From Tardiphaga sp. (GTDB taxonomy: Bacteria; Pseudomonadota; Alphaproteobacteria; Rhizobiales; Xanthobacteraceae), in the NCBI RefSeq assembly GCF_041424195.1, contig NZ_JBGMOE010000190.1, forward strand, positions 55,574 through 119,573: a DNA stretch of 64,000 nucleotides, read 5' to 3'. This document shows, in pieces, positions 45,828-55,853 of the stretch. Within the stretch, counting starts at the first letter, position 1; the number at the start of each line of letters is the position of its first letter. The notes beneath the pieces are model-generated. The model was not told the DNA's origin, ran no database searches, and saw nothing but the letters and a program-made list of their open reading frames with translations. Both the position numbers and the translations under genes were made by a program.

Positions 45828-46930
45828 TCCGCGGCCTCCTGAAGAGCAACTGGCGTCTCGTTGGCGTCGGCGAACTCCTTGCGCAGCTTGCGGAGCAGGC
45901 CGAGCTCGGATTGGAAGTCGACATAATGCGGCAGCTTCAGATGTTCGACGAAACCGGTCGCCTGCACATTGTCGGAATGCGACATGACGAATTCCTCGTC
46001 CTGCGCCGGCGCCTTGATGTCCTCGCCGAGCTCACGCGCGCGTAACGTGCGATCGACCAGTGCCATCGACATCACCTTGCGCTCGCTCTGACCGAAGGCG
46101 AGGCCATAGCCGCGGGTGAAGCAGGGCGCCTCGGTATCCGAGCCCTTGAACTGGTTGACCATCTGACACTCGGTCAGCGTGATCGACCCCAGCGGCACCG
46201 CGAAGCCGACATCCTCGGCCAAGAATTCAACCTCGACCTCGCCGAGGCGGATTTCGCCTGCGAAAGGATGGTTGCGGCCATAGCCGCGCTGCGAGGAATA
46301 GCCGAGCGACAGAAGAAACCCTTCATCGGCGCGCGCGAGATTCTGCAGGCGCAGATCGCGCTCTGCCGGGAAGCTCAGCGCGTCGCGCGTGAGATCGCCA
46401 ACCGGCTTCTCGGGGGCTTCCGCCGGCGACGCTTCGATCAAACCATCCCGGCCAAGAATATCGGTGACACGCGGCATCGCGCCCGGCTCTGCATCGGCCA
46501 TGGCCGGCTGGTCGGGCGAGGATTCTCCGGTCAACACCGGATCGAGCAGACGATGCGTATAGTCGAAGGTCGGACCGAGCACCTGGCCGCCCGGCATGTC
46601 CTTGAAGGTCGAGGAGACGCGGCGGCGCACCTGCATCTGCGAGGTATCGACGGGCTCACTCGAGCCGAACCGCGGCAACGTCGCGCGGAAGGCGCGCAGC
46701 AGGAAGATCGCCTCGATCATGTCGCCACGCGCCTGCTTGATGGCCAGCGCCGCGAGCTCGCGGTCATACAGCGATCCTTCGGTCATGACGCGATCCACAG
46801 CGAGACCGAGCTGATTGGAAATCTGTGCCAGCGATACTTCCGGTACATCGCGATCACCCCGGCGCTCATGGGCCAACAGACGATGCGCATTCTCGATGGC
46901 GCGTTCGCCACCCTTGACGGCGACATACAT
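45824..46930 (-). CDS. phnI: C-P lyase complex subunit
   Basis: MYVAVKGGERAI, GPTFDYTHRLLD, GFVEHLKLPHYVDFQ. Confidence 0.96.
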   Translation of the reverse strand: MYVAVKGGERAIENAHRLLAHERRGDRDVPEVSLAQISNQLGLAVDRVMTEGSLYDRELAALAIKQARGDMIEAIFLLRAFRATLPRFGSSEPVDTSQMQVRRRVSSTFKDMPGGQVLGPTFDYTHRLLDPVLTGESSPDQPAMADAEPGAMPRVTDILGRDGLIEASPAEAPEKPVGDLTRDALSFPAERDLRLQNLARADEGFLLSLGYSSQRGYGRNHPFAGEIRLGEVEVEFLAEDVGFAVPLGSITLTECQMVNQFKGSDTEAPCFTRGYGLAFGQSERKVMSMALVDRTLRARELGEDIKAPAQDEEFVMSHSDNVQATGFVEHLKLPHYVDFQSELGLLRKLRKEFADANETPVALQEAAE

Positions 46931-46932
46931 GC

Positions 46933-47541
46933 TCAGCCCTCTTTCGCGACAAGGCGCGTAGTGCGCGGCAGCGCGACGATGGATTCGCCGGACACCAGCA
47001 CAAGATCGATGCCGCGGGGAAACAGCGAGGCATTCAGCGCAAGACGATCCAGCAGGTCCGGCACGCCGATCGCGGCGCGCAGGATGATGGCACCGTCGAT
47101 GCCGGGACCACGCAGCTCATAGGCCGGGCCTTCGGTCAGGCTCGCGACCTGTAGAACGATGGTCGTGGAGCGATCCGGATATTCGCCGGAGCCGAATGCA
47201 AAGTGCTCGAAGGACGGCAGCGCGGCAGCATCAGCCACCACGGCGAAGGCACACACGGCGGGATCGGCGATGACCGGCGCGCTGGTGTGAAACTTGATCC
47301 ACTTGGCGACATCCATCGTCGCCGCCAGCTTGGCATCGAGCCAGACCGGCGTATCCTGATCGAACAGCGTCAGCGCGATGGCCGCAGCCCCGCGCATCAT
47401 TGGCGCAGGCACGCCCGAAACAGCCAGGATCCGCTGCACGGTGCCGGGACGCGCCATCGCGTCCATCACCGAACGGAAGGTCGATTGCGCTGCAAGGACC
47501 TTGTCCGCGAAACCGGCCGGCATTTCCGCAACTGTCGTCAT
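46933..47541 (-). CDS. phnH: C-P lyase complex subunit
   Basis: AQSTFRSVMDAMARPG, LFDQDTPVWL, GSGEYPDRSTT, LRGPGI, FPRGIDL. Confidence 0.94.
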   Translation of the reverse strand: MTTVAEMPAGFADKVLAAQSTFRSVMDAMARPGTVQRILAVSGVPAPMMRGAAAIALTLFDQDTPVWLDAKLAATMDVAKWIKFHTSAPVIADPAVCAFAVVADAAALPSFEHFAFGSGEYPDRSTTIVLQVASLTEGPAYELRGPGIDGAIILRAAIGVPDLLDRLALNASLFPRGIDLVLVSGESIVALPRTTRLVAKEG

Positions 47542-47543
47542 GA

Positions 47544-48005
47544 TTAGCCCTCCCCGCGCACGAGCGTGTAGAAATCGACTTTGGTTGCCGCCGTCTCCGC
47601 GGCCTTGCGCCTGATGTCGGCGACGACGCGCGCACGCAGCGGCGTCAGCACCCTGGTCTCGACAGCTTCTGAAAATTCACTGGTCTGGATCAGCGCATCG
47701 CACAGCGCGATCAGGTGCGCCTTCGCGCCATCCCGGCCCAGCGTGTAGCCGAAGCCGACCTCGCCGCTGGATAGCCGCACGGCGGCGCGCGACACGGTCG
47801 CCTCGCCGAGATTGAACGGCGCGCCATCGCCGCCAATCCGGCCGCGCAGCATCACCAGGCCATTTTCGGGCTGGCGCAATTGTTCATGGGCCGGAACGGC
47901 CACCGTATCGAGATATCCGGCAATATCCGCCGTCTGCGAGTGCCCCAGCACCCCCATCGCTTCACGGCGCCGGGCCTGCTGGTCATTCGAGGGAACTGTG
48001 CTCAT
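47544..48005 (-). CDS. phnG: C-P lyase complex subunit
   Basis: PENGLVMLRGRIGGDGAPFNLGEATVSR, TAATKVDFYTLVRGE. Confidence 0.94.
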   Translation of the reverse strand: MSTVPSNDQQARRREAMGVLGHSQTADIAGYLDTVAVPAHEQLRQPENGLVMLRGRIGGDGAPFNLGEATVSRAAVRLSSGEVGFGYTLGRDGAKAHLIALCDALIQTSEFSEAVETRVLTPLRARVVADIRRKAAETAATKVDFYTLVRGEG

Positions 48006-48024
48006 GGTCACCGCGATCCGCAAC

Positions 48025-48050
48025 AAGTTGTATGATTTACTAGACAACTT
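48025..48050. promoter_or_regulatory. Inverted repeat, candidate PhnF operator
   Basis: AAGTTGT-N12-ACAACTT between divergent phnG and phnF. Confidence 0.5.
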
Positions 48051-48064
48051 TATAGGCCGGGGCA

Positions 48065-48082
48065 ATGACCGTTTCGTGACAG
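48065..48082 (-). promoter_or_regulatory. Pho box (PhoB site) oriented toward phnG
   Basis: Minus strand reads CTGTCAC-GAAA-CGGTCAT versus consensus CTGTCAT-N4-CTGTCAT. Confidence 0.72.
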
Positions 48083-48134
48083 CGGCGCGATTTTTCGCTA
48101 ATGCGTGGTCGACATCATTCTAGGACCGACTTTT

Positions 48135-48869
48135 GTGACCATTCAGGAAAAGCCAACAGGCGTCGCACTTTGGCGGCACGTTGCCGACGGCATCGAGCGC
48201 GGCATTGCCGACGGGCGTTATCCGGCCGGCGACAAATTGCCCGGCGAGACGGAGCTGGCGGAGCTCTACCGCGTCAATCGACATACGGTACGTCGCGCGC
48301 TGGCGACGCTGGCCGAGCGCGGCCTCGTGCGCGCCGAGCGCGGCAGCGGCACTTATGTGGAAGCGCCGAAACTCGCCTACCCCTTACGCTCGCGTACGCG
48401 CTTCTCGGAAATCGCTGGCGCCGGCGGCCGCGAGCCACAGGCGCAACTGATCGGAGCCTGGGATGACGTCGCGACACGTGAACTGGCGCGGCAGCTTGGC
48501 CTCAAGACCGGTGCAAGGTTGATTCGCATCGAGGCGCTACGCCTCGCCGACAAGACACCGATCTGTATCGGTACCAACTGGCTGTCTGCCGAGCGCTTCC
48601 CGGATTTCGGCAAGATCTATGAGCGCGTGCGCTCGATGACCAAGGCGCTGGCGCATTACGGCATCAAGGACTATCGCCGAGCCTCAACGAAAGTCACCGC
48701 GGGAATCATCGATGCGACTGATGCGACACGGCTTGGCGTCGCGCTGGGGCGTCCGATTCTGATCGTCGATTCCATCGATGTGGATGCGGACGGTACGCCG
48801 CTGAGCGCCACGCATTCACGCTTCGTCGCCGAGCGCGTCGAATTCGTGGTCGATAGCGGCTCGCTGTAA
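48135..48869 (+). CDS. phnF: GntR/HutC family phosphonate regulator
   Basis: LPGETELAELYRVNRHTVRRAL HTH, RTRFSE, UTRA domain; GTG start after AGGA. Confidence 0.92.
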   Translation: MTIQEKPTGVALWRHVADGIERGIADGRYPAGDKLPGETELAELYRVNRHTVRRALATLAERGLVRAERGSGTYVEAPKLAYPLRSRTRFSEIAGAGGREPQAQLIGAWDDVATRELARQLGLKTGARLIRIEALRLADKTPICIGTNWLSAERFPDFGKIYERVRSMTKALAHYGIKDYRRASTKVTAGIIDATDATRLGVALGRPILIVDSIDVDADGTPLSATHSRFVAERVEFVVDSGSL

Positions 48870-48884
48870 TCCTGCCCAACGAGA

Positions 48885-49352
48885 TCAGAACGGGTCCGTG
48901 CCGAGACCCGGCACATCCGCGGGGCGCGGCCCCGGTGCCGGCCACAGGAAGCGGCGATCCTTTTCGGCAATGGCCACATCGTTGATGCTCGCCTCGCGGC
49001 GACGCATCAGACCACCCTCGTCGAACTCCCATTGCTCGTTGCCATAGGAGCGATGCCAGTTGCCGGCATCGTCGTGCCATTCATATTGAAAGCGCACGGC
49101 AATGTGATTGCCGTCGAAGGCCCATAAATCCTTGATCAACCGGTATTCGTGCTCCTTCGCCCATTTACGGGTGAGGAATTCGACAATCGCCGGGCGCCCC
49201 TGAAAGAACTCGCCGCGATTGCGCCAGACGCTGTCCTCGGTATAGGCGAGCGACACTTTCACCGGATCGCGCGAATTCCAGGCGTCTTCGGCCATGCGGG
49301 CCTTCTGGGCGGCGGTCTCTCGGGTGAAGGGCGGAAACGGTGGACGCGACAT
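48885..49352 (-). CDS. DUF1348 / SnoaL-like (NTF2 fold) protein
   Basis: [50 protein letters not shown]. Confidence 0.88.
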   Translation of the reverse strand: MSRPPFPPFTRETAAQKARMAEDAWNSRDPVKVSLAYTEDSVWRNRGEFFQGRPAIVEFLTRKWAKEHEYRLIKDLWAFDGNHIAVRFQYEWHDDAGNWHRSYGNEQWEFDEGGLMRRREASINDVAIAEKDRRFLWPAPGPRPADVPGLGTDPF

Positions 49353-49433
49353 GGGACCCTCGGCTTTGCGATGTGCCGGGAGTGTAGCCGGGCCTTTCGC
49401 AGAGTCGACGCCGTTTCGCCTATCGGGCGATTG

Positions 49434-49892
49434 CTAAATCTGATCGGCCTTCATGGCGATGCGCAACGCCCTGGGAATCGGCCTGGCGCGGCCACCAGAC
49501 ACGAAGGCCACCTTCACCTTGGCTTCCAACAGCAACTCATCGCCGCGGCGGACTTCCTGATGCAGCGTGATCGAGGCGCCTTTCACATCCAGCGGCCGGG
49601 TCAGCACGTCGAGCAGATCGTCCATGCGCGACGGCTTGAGAAAATCGAGCTGCATCGACCGGACCACGAAGGCAAAGCCCGGCGCTTCGCTTTCGGCCTC
49701 GGCAAACAGCGCACGCTGATCAGCACCGAGCAATCGCAGATAATTGGTCCGCCCGCGCTCCATGAAGCGCAGATAGTTGGCGTGATAGACGATGCCGGAG
49801 AAATCGGTGTCTTCGTAATAGACACGCACCTGCATGCGGTGAATGCCGTCGGCAATAGTGCCGTCGAGATGGGAGGTCGCCGAAACCGTCAT
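49434..49892 (-). CDS. ybgC: Tol-Pal-associated acyl-CoA thioesterase
   Basis: RVYYEDTDFSGIVYHANYLRFMERGRT. Confidence 0.9.
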   Translation of the reverse strand: MTVSATSHLDGTIADGIHRMQVRVYYEDTDFSGIVYHANYLRFMERGRTNYLRLLGADQRALFAEAESEAPGFAFVVRSMQLDFLKPSRMDDLLDVLTRPLDVKGASITLHQEVRRGDELLLEAKVKVAFVSGGRARPIPRALRIAMKADQI

Positions 49893-50299
49893 TGCGGGAA
49901 ACCGTGAAAGGCGAGTGGCAAGACGTGATCGCGCGTCAATGGCGCAAGGATAACGGCCTCAGGCGCGGCCGGATCAATCCAGAGCGTTTCGGCGATCTCG
50001 GCCTGGGGCGCGATCGCGCCATCCACCTTCACCGCGTAAACGCTGGCCTGCACCTGCCAGCCCGGCTCATTGGCGGCAACGCTGTTGAACTGTCCGAGCG
50101 CTTGGGCAGAACCCGGCACCATTCGGCATCCCAGCTCTTCGCTGATCTCGCGCTCCAACGCGGCTAGATCGTCTTCGCCGGCATCGCGCTTGCCACCCGG
50201 CTGCATGAAGGCCTCGGTGCCACGTTTGCGCACCACCAGCATGCGTCCAATATCGTCGCGGATCAGCGCGGCTACAACGCCGATAATCTTGTCAGTCAT
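49889..50299 (-). CDS. NUDIX hydrolase
   Basis: Nudix box GGKRDAGEDDLAALEREISEELG. Confidence 0.88.
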   Translation of the reverse strand: MTDKIIGVVAALIRDDIGRMLVVRKRGTEAFMQPGGKRDAGEDDLAALEREISEELGCRMVPGSAQALGQFNSVAANEPGWQVQASVYAVKVDGAIAPQAEIAETLWIDPAAPEAVILAPLTRDHVLPLAFHGFPQ

Positions 50300-50305
50300 C
50301 GCAGA

Positions 50306-51355
50306 TCACTCCTCGTCGCTGGATCCAAACAGTCCGATCTGGCTCGCATCGCGCGTTGGCTCACTCAATCCGAGATGCCTGAAGGCATGCGACGTCAGCA
50401 ATCGCCCGCGAGGGGTGCGCTGCAGATAGCCGCACTGGATCAGATAGGGCTCGATGATGTCTTCGATGGCATCCCGCGGTTCGGAGAGCGCAGCCGCCAT
50501 GGTCTCGACGCCGACCGGGCCGCCGCCGTAATTCATGGCGATAGTGGTGAGATAGCGGCGATCCATGGCGTCGAGGCCGGCACTGTCCACTTCGAGCGCG
50601 CTCAGGGCATGATCCGCGATCTTGCGATCGATTGCGGCAGCGTCCGCAGCGGAGGCGAAATCGCGCACGCGGCGCAACAGCCGCCCGGCGATGCGCGGCG
50701 TGCCACGGGCGCGACGCGCGATCTCATTGGCGCCTTCCGGCGTCATGCCTATCTGCAGCACGCGCGCACCGCGGGTGACGATCTTTTCGAGTTCGTCGAT
50801 GGTGTAGAAATTCAGCCGCAATGGAATGCCGAAGCGATCACGCAGCGGATTTGTCAGCAGGCCTGCGCGCGTCGTCGCACCGACGAGTGTGAATTTCGAC
50901 AGCTCGATCTTCACCGAACGTGCAGCGGGACCTTCGCCAATGATGAGGTCGAGCTGAAAATCCTCCATCGCCGGATAGAGCACTTCTTCCACGGCAGGGC
51001 TGAGACGATGAATCTCGTCGATGAAGAGAACATCGCGCTCCTCGAGATTGGTGAGGAGCGCCGCGAGATCGCCGGCCTTGGCGATCACCGGCCCCGACGT
51101 GGCACGAAAGCCAACGCCGAGTTCGCGCGCGACGATCTGCGCGAGCGTGGTCTTGCCGAGCCCGGGCGGGCCGACGAACAGCGTGTGATCCAGCGCTTCG
51201 CCGCGCTTGCGCGCGGCATCGATGAATATCTGCAGGTTGGCGCGTGCCTGCGCCTGGCCGACGAAGTCGGACAGCGACTGGGGACGCAACGCGGTGTCGC
51301 CGACATCGTCGGAACGGCGCTCAGGCGTGATGACGCGATCAGTTGGGATGTTCAT
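50306..51355 (-). CDS. ruvB: Holliday junction branch migration ATPase
   Basis: [45 protein letters not shown]. Confidence 0.97.
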   Translation of the reverse strand: MNIPTDRVITPERRSDDVGDTALRPQSLSDFVGQAQARANLQIFIDAARKRGEALDHTLFVGPPGLGKTTLAQIVARELGVGFRATSGPVIAKAGDLAALLTNLEERDVLFIDEIHRLSPAVEEVLYPAMEDFQLDLIIGEGPAARSVKIELSKFTLVGATTRAGLLTNPLRDRFGIPLRLNFYTIDELEKIVTRGARVLQIGMTPEGANEIARRARGTPRIAGRLLRRVRDFASAADAAAIDRKIADHALSALEVDSAGLDAMDRRYLTTIAMNYGGGPVGVETMAAALSEPRDAIEDIIEPYLIQCGYLQRTPRGRLLTSHAFRHLGLSEPTRDASQIGLFGSSDEE

Positions 51356-51852
51356 GATGCGACGTTACCACGGTGCAACGGTCGCGCGAACCACCAGCAC
51401 AGGCTGGCTGGAATCACGGCAATGCTCGCGAGCAATACCGACAGCGACAGCGCCTGCGTGAGCGATCGAACGCCGGGCAAGATTATTGCCGAGGATTCCG
51501 AGGGTTGAATGAACATTCCAAGACCGATGAATCCGGCGATGCCGAAGGCCGCAGCGAGCCACGCCATCCAGATCGTGTTTTGCCCGGCATAGACGGCAGA
51601 CAGCGCAAAGACGACGCCGGCACCGATTGACGGCAGCAGCGCCGCCAATGCAGCGACGAATGCCAGCAGCCACAGTGCAATCGAGACAAGCGATCTGAAA
51701 CCATCGAGATCGGCGACAGAGAAAATCAGTTGAAGGATCGACGCACCGAGGGCGACCACCAGTAACGACACGAGCGCAGCCACGGATAGCGAACCGACAA
51801 CACCGAAGATCGCGACAATGCCAATCACACGGGCGATCCTGGCAAGGCTCAC
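51352..51852 (-). CDS. Hypothetical integral membrane protein between ruvA and ruvB
   Basis: 166 aa, about 4-5 hydrophobic segments; GTG start overlaps the ruvA stop and its stop overlaps the ruvB ATG (4-nt overlaps on both sides). Confidence 0.7.
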   Translation of the reverse strand: MSLARIARVIGIVAIFGVVGSLSVAALVSLLVVALGASILQLIFSVADLDGFRSLVSIALWLLAFVAALAALLPSIGAGVVFALSAVYAGQNTIWMAWLAAAFGIAGFIGLGMFIQPSESSAIILPGVRSLTQALSLSVLLASIAVIPASLCWWFARPLHRGNVAS

Positions 51853-52466
51853 TTCGCCAGTTCCTTCAGCCCGAGTTTGATCAATTGTGCTGTTTCCGCG
51901 CCCTCGCCTGCGCTGCGCGATGCTGCAGCAACGGCCGCCGCCGCCTGCGGCTGGCCATAGCCGAGATTGACCAGCGCGGAGATCGCATCCCTGACGGCGC
52001 CAGGCGCACGGTTGTCGTCCATCGCGCCGGCGAGTTGTGCGACCACCGGATCGACGGACGCAAAGGCCGGAGCCTTGTCCTTCAATTCGCTGACGATGCG
52101 CTCGGCCACTTTAGGACCGACGCCCGGCGTGCGCGCCACGGCCGTCTTGTCGCGCAGCGCAATGGCATTGGCGAGGTCCGACGGGGGCAGCGTACTGAGC
52201 ACGGCCAGCGCAACCTTGGCGCCGACGCCCTGCACAGTCTGCAGCAACCGAAACCATTCGCGCTCCATATCGCTGCGGAAGCCAAACAGCTTGATCTGGT
52301 CTTCGCGGACATAGGTTTCGATGGAGAGCACCGCAGCTTCCCCCGCCTGCGGCAATGCCTGCAGCGTGCGTGCGGAACAATGCACCTGATAGCCGACGCC
52401 CTGCACATCGAGGATCACGTAGTCCTCGCCATAGCTGTCGATCAGGCCTTTGAGCTTGCCGATCAC
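51849..52466 (-). CDS. ruvA: Holliday junction branch migration protein
   Basis: [43 protein letters not shown]. Confidence 0.97.
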   Translation of the reverse strand: MIGKLKGLIDSYGEDYVILDVQGVGYQVHCSARTLQALPQAGEAAVLSIETYVREDQIKLFGFRSDMEREWFRLLQTVQGVGAKVALAVLSTLPPSDLANAIALRDKTAVARTPGVGPKVAERIVSELKDKAPAFASVDPVVAQLAGAMDDNRAPGAVRDAISALVNLGYGQPQAAAAVAAASRSAGEGAETAQLIKLGLKELAK

Positions 52467-52990
52467 GCGCCGACGACCTTGAGGCGCAGTGCCATGCTCT
52501 GGCGGTGATGCGCATGGGTGATGGCGATGGCCAGCGCGTCGGCGGCATCGGCCGATTTCGGCTCGGCCTTCGGCAGCAGAATCTTCAGCATCACCTGGAT
52601 CTGGTTCTTGTCGGCGTGGCCCGCACCGACCACAGTCTTCTTCACTTGATTAGGCGCGTATTCCGCGACGGCAATGCCGAACATTGCCGGCGTCATCATG
52701 GCGATGCCGCGCGCCTGGCCGAGCTTCAGCGTCGCGACGCCATCCTTGTTGACGAAGGTCTGCTCCACCGCAGCTTCGGCCGGCTGGAAATCGCCAAGGA
52801 TCTTGGCGAGCCCCTCATGGATGCCAAGCAACCGGCTCGCCAGTGGCAAACTGTCCGGCGGCTCCACCGAACCGCAGCCGATATAGGTCAGCCGGTTGCC
52901 GTCGATCTCGATCACGCCCCAGCCGGTGCGGCGCAGGCCCGGATCAATGCCGATGATGCGGACAGGAGGGCGAATCGGAGGGTGTGTCAT
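52463..52990 (-). CDS. ruvC: Crossover junction endodeoxyribonuclease
   Basis: [40 protein letters not shown]. Confidence 0.96.
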   Translation of the reverse strand: MTHPPIRPPVRIIGIDPGLRRTGWGVIEIDGNRLTYIGCGSVEPPDSLPLASRLLGIHEGLAKILGDFQPAEAAVEQTFVNKDGVATLKLGQARGIAMMTPAMFGIAVAEYAPNQVKKTVVGAGHADKNQIQVMLKILLPKAEPKSADAADALAIAITHAHHRQSMALRLKVVGA

Positions 52991-53075
52991 CCCACAGGAA
53001 TAACGCCGGTCGGAACGGAACGAAATAGAAACGCGCGGCCGTCCCAAGGGAAAGAGAGGGAAGCTGAGCCCCTGC

Positions 53076-53822
53076 TCAGCCGCCCATCTTGGCCATCAGC
53101 GCGTCGGACACCTCGAAGTTCGCATAGACGTTCTGCACGTCGTCATGCTCGTTCAGGAGGTCCATCAGCTTGATCAGCTTTTCGCCCGTCTCGTCATCGA
53201 CCGAGAGCGTGTTCTGCGGTTTCCAGATCACCGCGGCCTTGCGGGCTTCGCCGAATTTGGCTTCGAGCGCCTTGGCGACGTCGCGGAACGTCTCCTGCGA
53301 GGCATAGACCTCATGGCCGCCCTCGCCCGACACGACGTCGTCGGCGCCAGCCTCGATGGCCGCTTCGAGCATGTCGTCGGCGGAGGCCTTGTCGGCGTCA
53401 TATTCGATCACGCCGACATGGTCGAACATGAAGGACACCGAGCCGGTTTCACCGAGATTGCCGCCGGATTTGGTGAAGTAAGAACGGATGTCGGAGGCAG
53501 CGCGATTGCGATTGTCGGTCAGCGCCTCGACGATGACGGCAACGCCACCGGGGCCGTAGCCTTCGTAGCGGATCTCGTCATAATTCTCGCCTTCGCTGCC
53601 GATCGCCTTCTTGATCGCGCGCTCGATGTTGTCGCGCGGCATATTCTCCTGACGGGCAGCGATCACGGCAGAGCGCAGCCGGGCGTTCATCGACGGGTCC
53701 GGCGTTCCCATCTTGGCAGCGACGGTGATTTCGCGCGCCAGCTTGCTGAACAGCTTGGACTTCTGGGCATCCTGCCGGCCCTTGCGGTGCATGATGTTCT
53801 TGAATTGGGAATGTCCGGCCAT
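53076..53822 (-). CDS. yebC: YebC/PmpR family protein
   Basis: [38 protein letters not shown]. Confidence 0.96.
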   Translation of the reverse strand: MAGHSQFKNIMHRKGRQDAQKSKLFSKLAREITVAAKMGTPDPSMNARLRSAVIAARQENMPRDNIERAIKKAIGSEGENYDEIRYEGYGPGGVAVIVEALTDNRNRAASDIRSYFTKSGGNLGETGSVSFMFDHVGVIEYDADKASADDMLEAAIEAGADDVVSGEGGHEVYASQETFRDVAKALEAKFGEARKAAVIWKPQNTLSVDDETGEKLIKLMDLLNEHDDVQNVYANFEVSDALMAKMGG

Positions 53823-53945
53823 GCGGTCTCTCTTGAATCGTCTGGTGTCTTAAGGGCTGCGGCGCGGGGTTATAGGCCGCGAGATCGGCAAAATCAAAAA
53901 TATGCGTCGAAATCTCGCAGGCCAAAATCGCCGCCGCTGCGATCC

Positions 53946-53961
53946 TTAACCCTCACTTCAC
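53946..53961 (+). promoter_or_regulatory. CtrA-box-like motif upstream of the chemoreceptor
   Basis: TTAA-CCCTCAC-TTCAC, one mismatch to TTAA-N7-TTAAC, 50 bp before ATG 54011. Confidence 0.45.
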
Positions 53962-54010
53962 ATTCGGGTGCAAGAATACCCGCATAGATTGCAATCCGCG
54001 AGATTTGAAT

Positions 54011-55762
54011 ATGGCATTTGGACTGTTCCGCAGGAAGCAGCCCGATCTGGCTGTGCCGGTACTCGCCCCCGACAAAGCTGCGCCAATCGAGGCCCCCGCT
54101 GCTTCCGACAACGATTCCGCCCGCGACATCCTGGAGCTGCTGGAACTCGAGCTGGGGGCCCTGATCCGGCAGTTGGAGCGGGCGGCCACCTCGGTGGCCG
54201 GCGGCGCCGAATCGACCGCGGCGACTCTCTCCGCCATCCGCACCCGTACCGATGTACTGGCCGACCACAGCAGCGCCGCGCAATCCACCGCCACCACTTT
54301 CGCGCAGGCCGCCGACAAATTCACCCAATCGGCCGAGGGCATTGGCGCTCAGGTGCGCGATGCCAGCCGGCTCGCGGATGAGGCCAGCGCTGCCGCCCAC
54401 GAAGCCAGCGCCAATGTGGACCGGCTGCGGGATTCCTCCGCTGCCATCAGCAATGTGCTCGAGCTGATCGCGCAGATTGCCCGGCAGACGACCATGCTGG
54501 CGCTGAACGCAACGATTGAGGCGGCCCGCGCAGGTTCCGCCGGCCGCGGCTTCTCGGTCGTCGCCACCGAGGTCAAGGCGCTGGCGGTGCAGACGCAGAA
54601 TGCCACCGAAGAGATCCGGAAGAAGATCGACACACTGCAGCGCGACGCAGCGAGTTCGGTCGATGCCGTGCACCGCATTTCCGGCGCCATCGACGCGATC
54701 CGCCCGGTCTTCGCCAACGTCAACGGCGCAGTGGCCGAGCAGAACGCGACCACCAGCGAGATGTCGCACAATGCCACCACCGCCTCACAATTCATCGTTT
54801 CGGTCGGCAACAGCGCCGCGGAAATCGATAGCGCTGCCAGGGAAGCTGCGGCCCATGGCGAGCATGTTGCACAAGCCGGCCAGGCCGTGACGATGTTTGC
54901 CTCGAGGCTGAAGTCGCGCTGTGCGGTGCTGCTCAAACAGAGCGAGCGCGAAGACGAGCGCCGACGCGAAAAGCTGCCATGTCACCTGAACGTCCATCTT
55001 CAGGCGCGCGGGGGCCAATTCAGCGCCCCGGTCTATGAAATCTCGATGGACGGAATCCTGATCGGCGGGCCTGACGCAAACCGGCTTCCGCTCCACGATA
55101 TCGTTACCGCCGAACTCAGCGAGGTCGGGCCGTGCCGCCTGCGCATTGCCGAGCATTCTCCCGCCGGCACGCAGGCGCGGTTCGTAGCGCCCGACGGCCA
55201 CCTCGTCAGCCGCATAGAAGACCGGCTATGGGCGATCCATGACGAGAACACCGAATTCGTCACCCGCGCCATCGATGCAGGGGCCGCGCTCAACAAGATC
55301 TTCGCCGACGGCATCGCATCCGGCGCGATCAGCATCGAAGACATGTTCGACGAGACCTATGTCGAAATTCCAGGCTCCAATCCTGTGCAGTATCGCACAA
55401 AGATTCTCGGCTGGGCCGACCGCGTGCTGCCGGAATTCCAGGATGCATTTCTGGCAAAGGACAGCCGCATGGCATTTTGCGCGGCAATCGACCGCAATGG
55501 CTACCTGCCGGTGCATAACAGCATCTATTCAAAGCCGCAGCGCCCGGGCGATGTCGTCTGGAATACGGCCAACAGCCGCAATCGTCGCATCTTCAACGAT
55601 CCGGCCGGGCTGGCCGCCGGCCGCAATACCCGCTCCTACCTGATCCAGAGCTATGCCCGCGACATGGGCAACGGCCAGACCGTGATGATGCGCGAGATCG
55701 ACGTGCCGGTGCGTGTACAGGGCCGGCATTGGGGCGGATTCCGCACGGCGTACAAATTATGA
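54011..55762 (+). CDS. Soluble methyl-accepting chemotaxis protein with PilZ-like and extra C-terminal domains
   Basis: MCP hairpin IARQTTMLALNATIEAARAGSAGRGFSVVATEVKALA; PilZ-like ERRREK...YEISMDG; no TM helix. Confidence 0.85.
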   Translation: MAFGLFRRKQPDLAVPVLAPDKAAPIEAPAASDNDSARDILELLELELGALIRQLERAATSVAGGAESTAATLSAIRTRTDVLADHSSAAQSTATTFAQAADKFTQSAEGIGAQVRDASRLADEASAAAHEASANVDRLRDSSAAISNVLELIAQIARQTTMLALNATIEAARAGSAGRGFSVVATEVKALAVQTQNATEEIRKKIDTLQRDAASSVDAVHRISGAIDAIRPVFANVNGAVAEQNATTSEMSHNATTASQFIVSVGNSAAEIDSAAREAAAHGEHVAQAGQAVTMFASRLKSRCAVLLKQSEREDERRREKLPCHLNVHLQARGGQFSAPVYEISMDGILIGGPDANRLPLHDIVTAELSEVGPCRLRIAEHSPAGTQARFVAPDGHLVSRIEDRLWAIHDENTEFVTRAIDAGAALNKIFADGIASGAISIEDMFDETYVEIPGSNPVQYRTKILGWADRVLPEFQDAFLAKDSRMAFCAAIDRNGYLPVHNSIYSKPQRPGDVVWNTANSRNRRIFNDPAGLAAGRNTRSYLIQSYARDMGNGQTVMMREIDVPVRVQGRHWGGFRTAYKL

Positions 55763-55853
55763 TTTGCGTTTGCACAGCTGGTTGCTATCTGACCCTGGCG
55801 CAGCCGCATGTTCCGTCTGTGCGTAGGTTTACAACCGAACCCGCCAAGACCTC

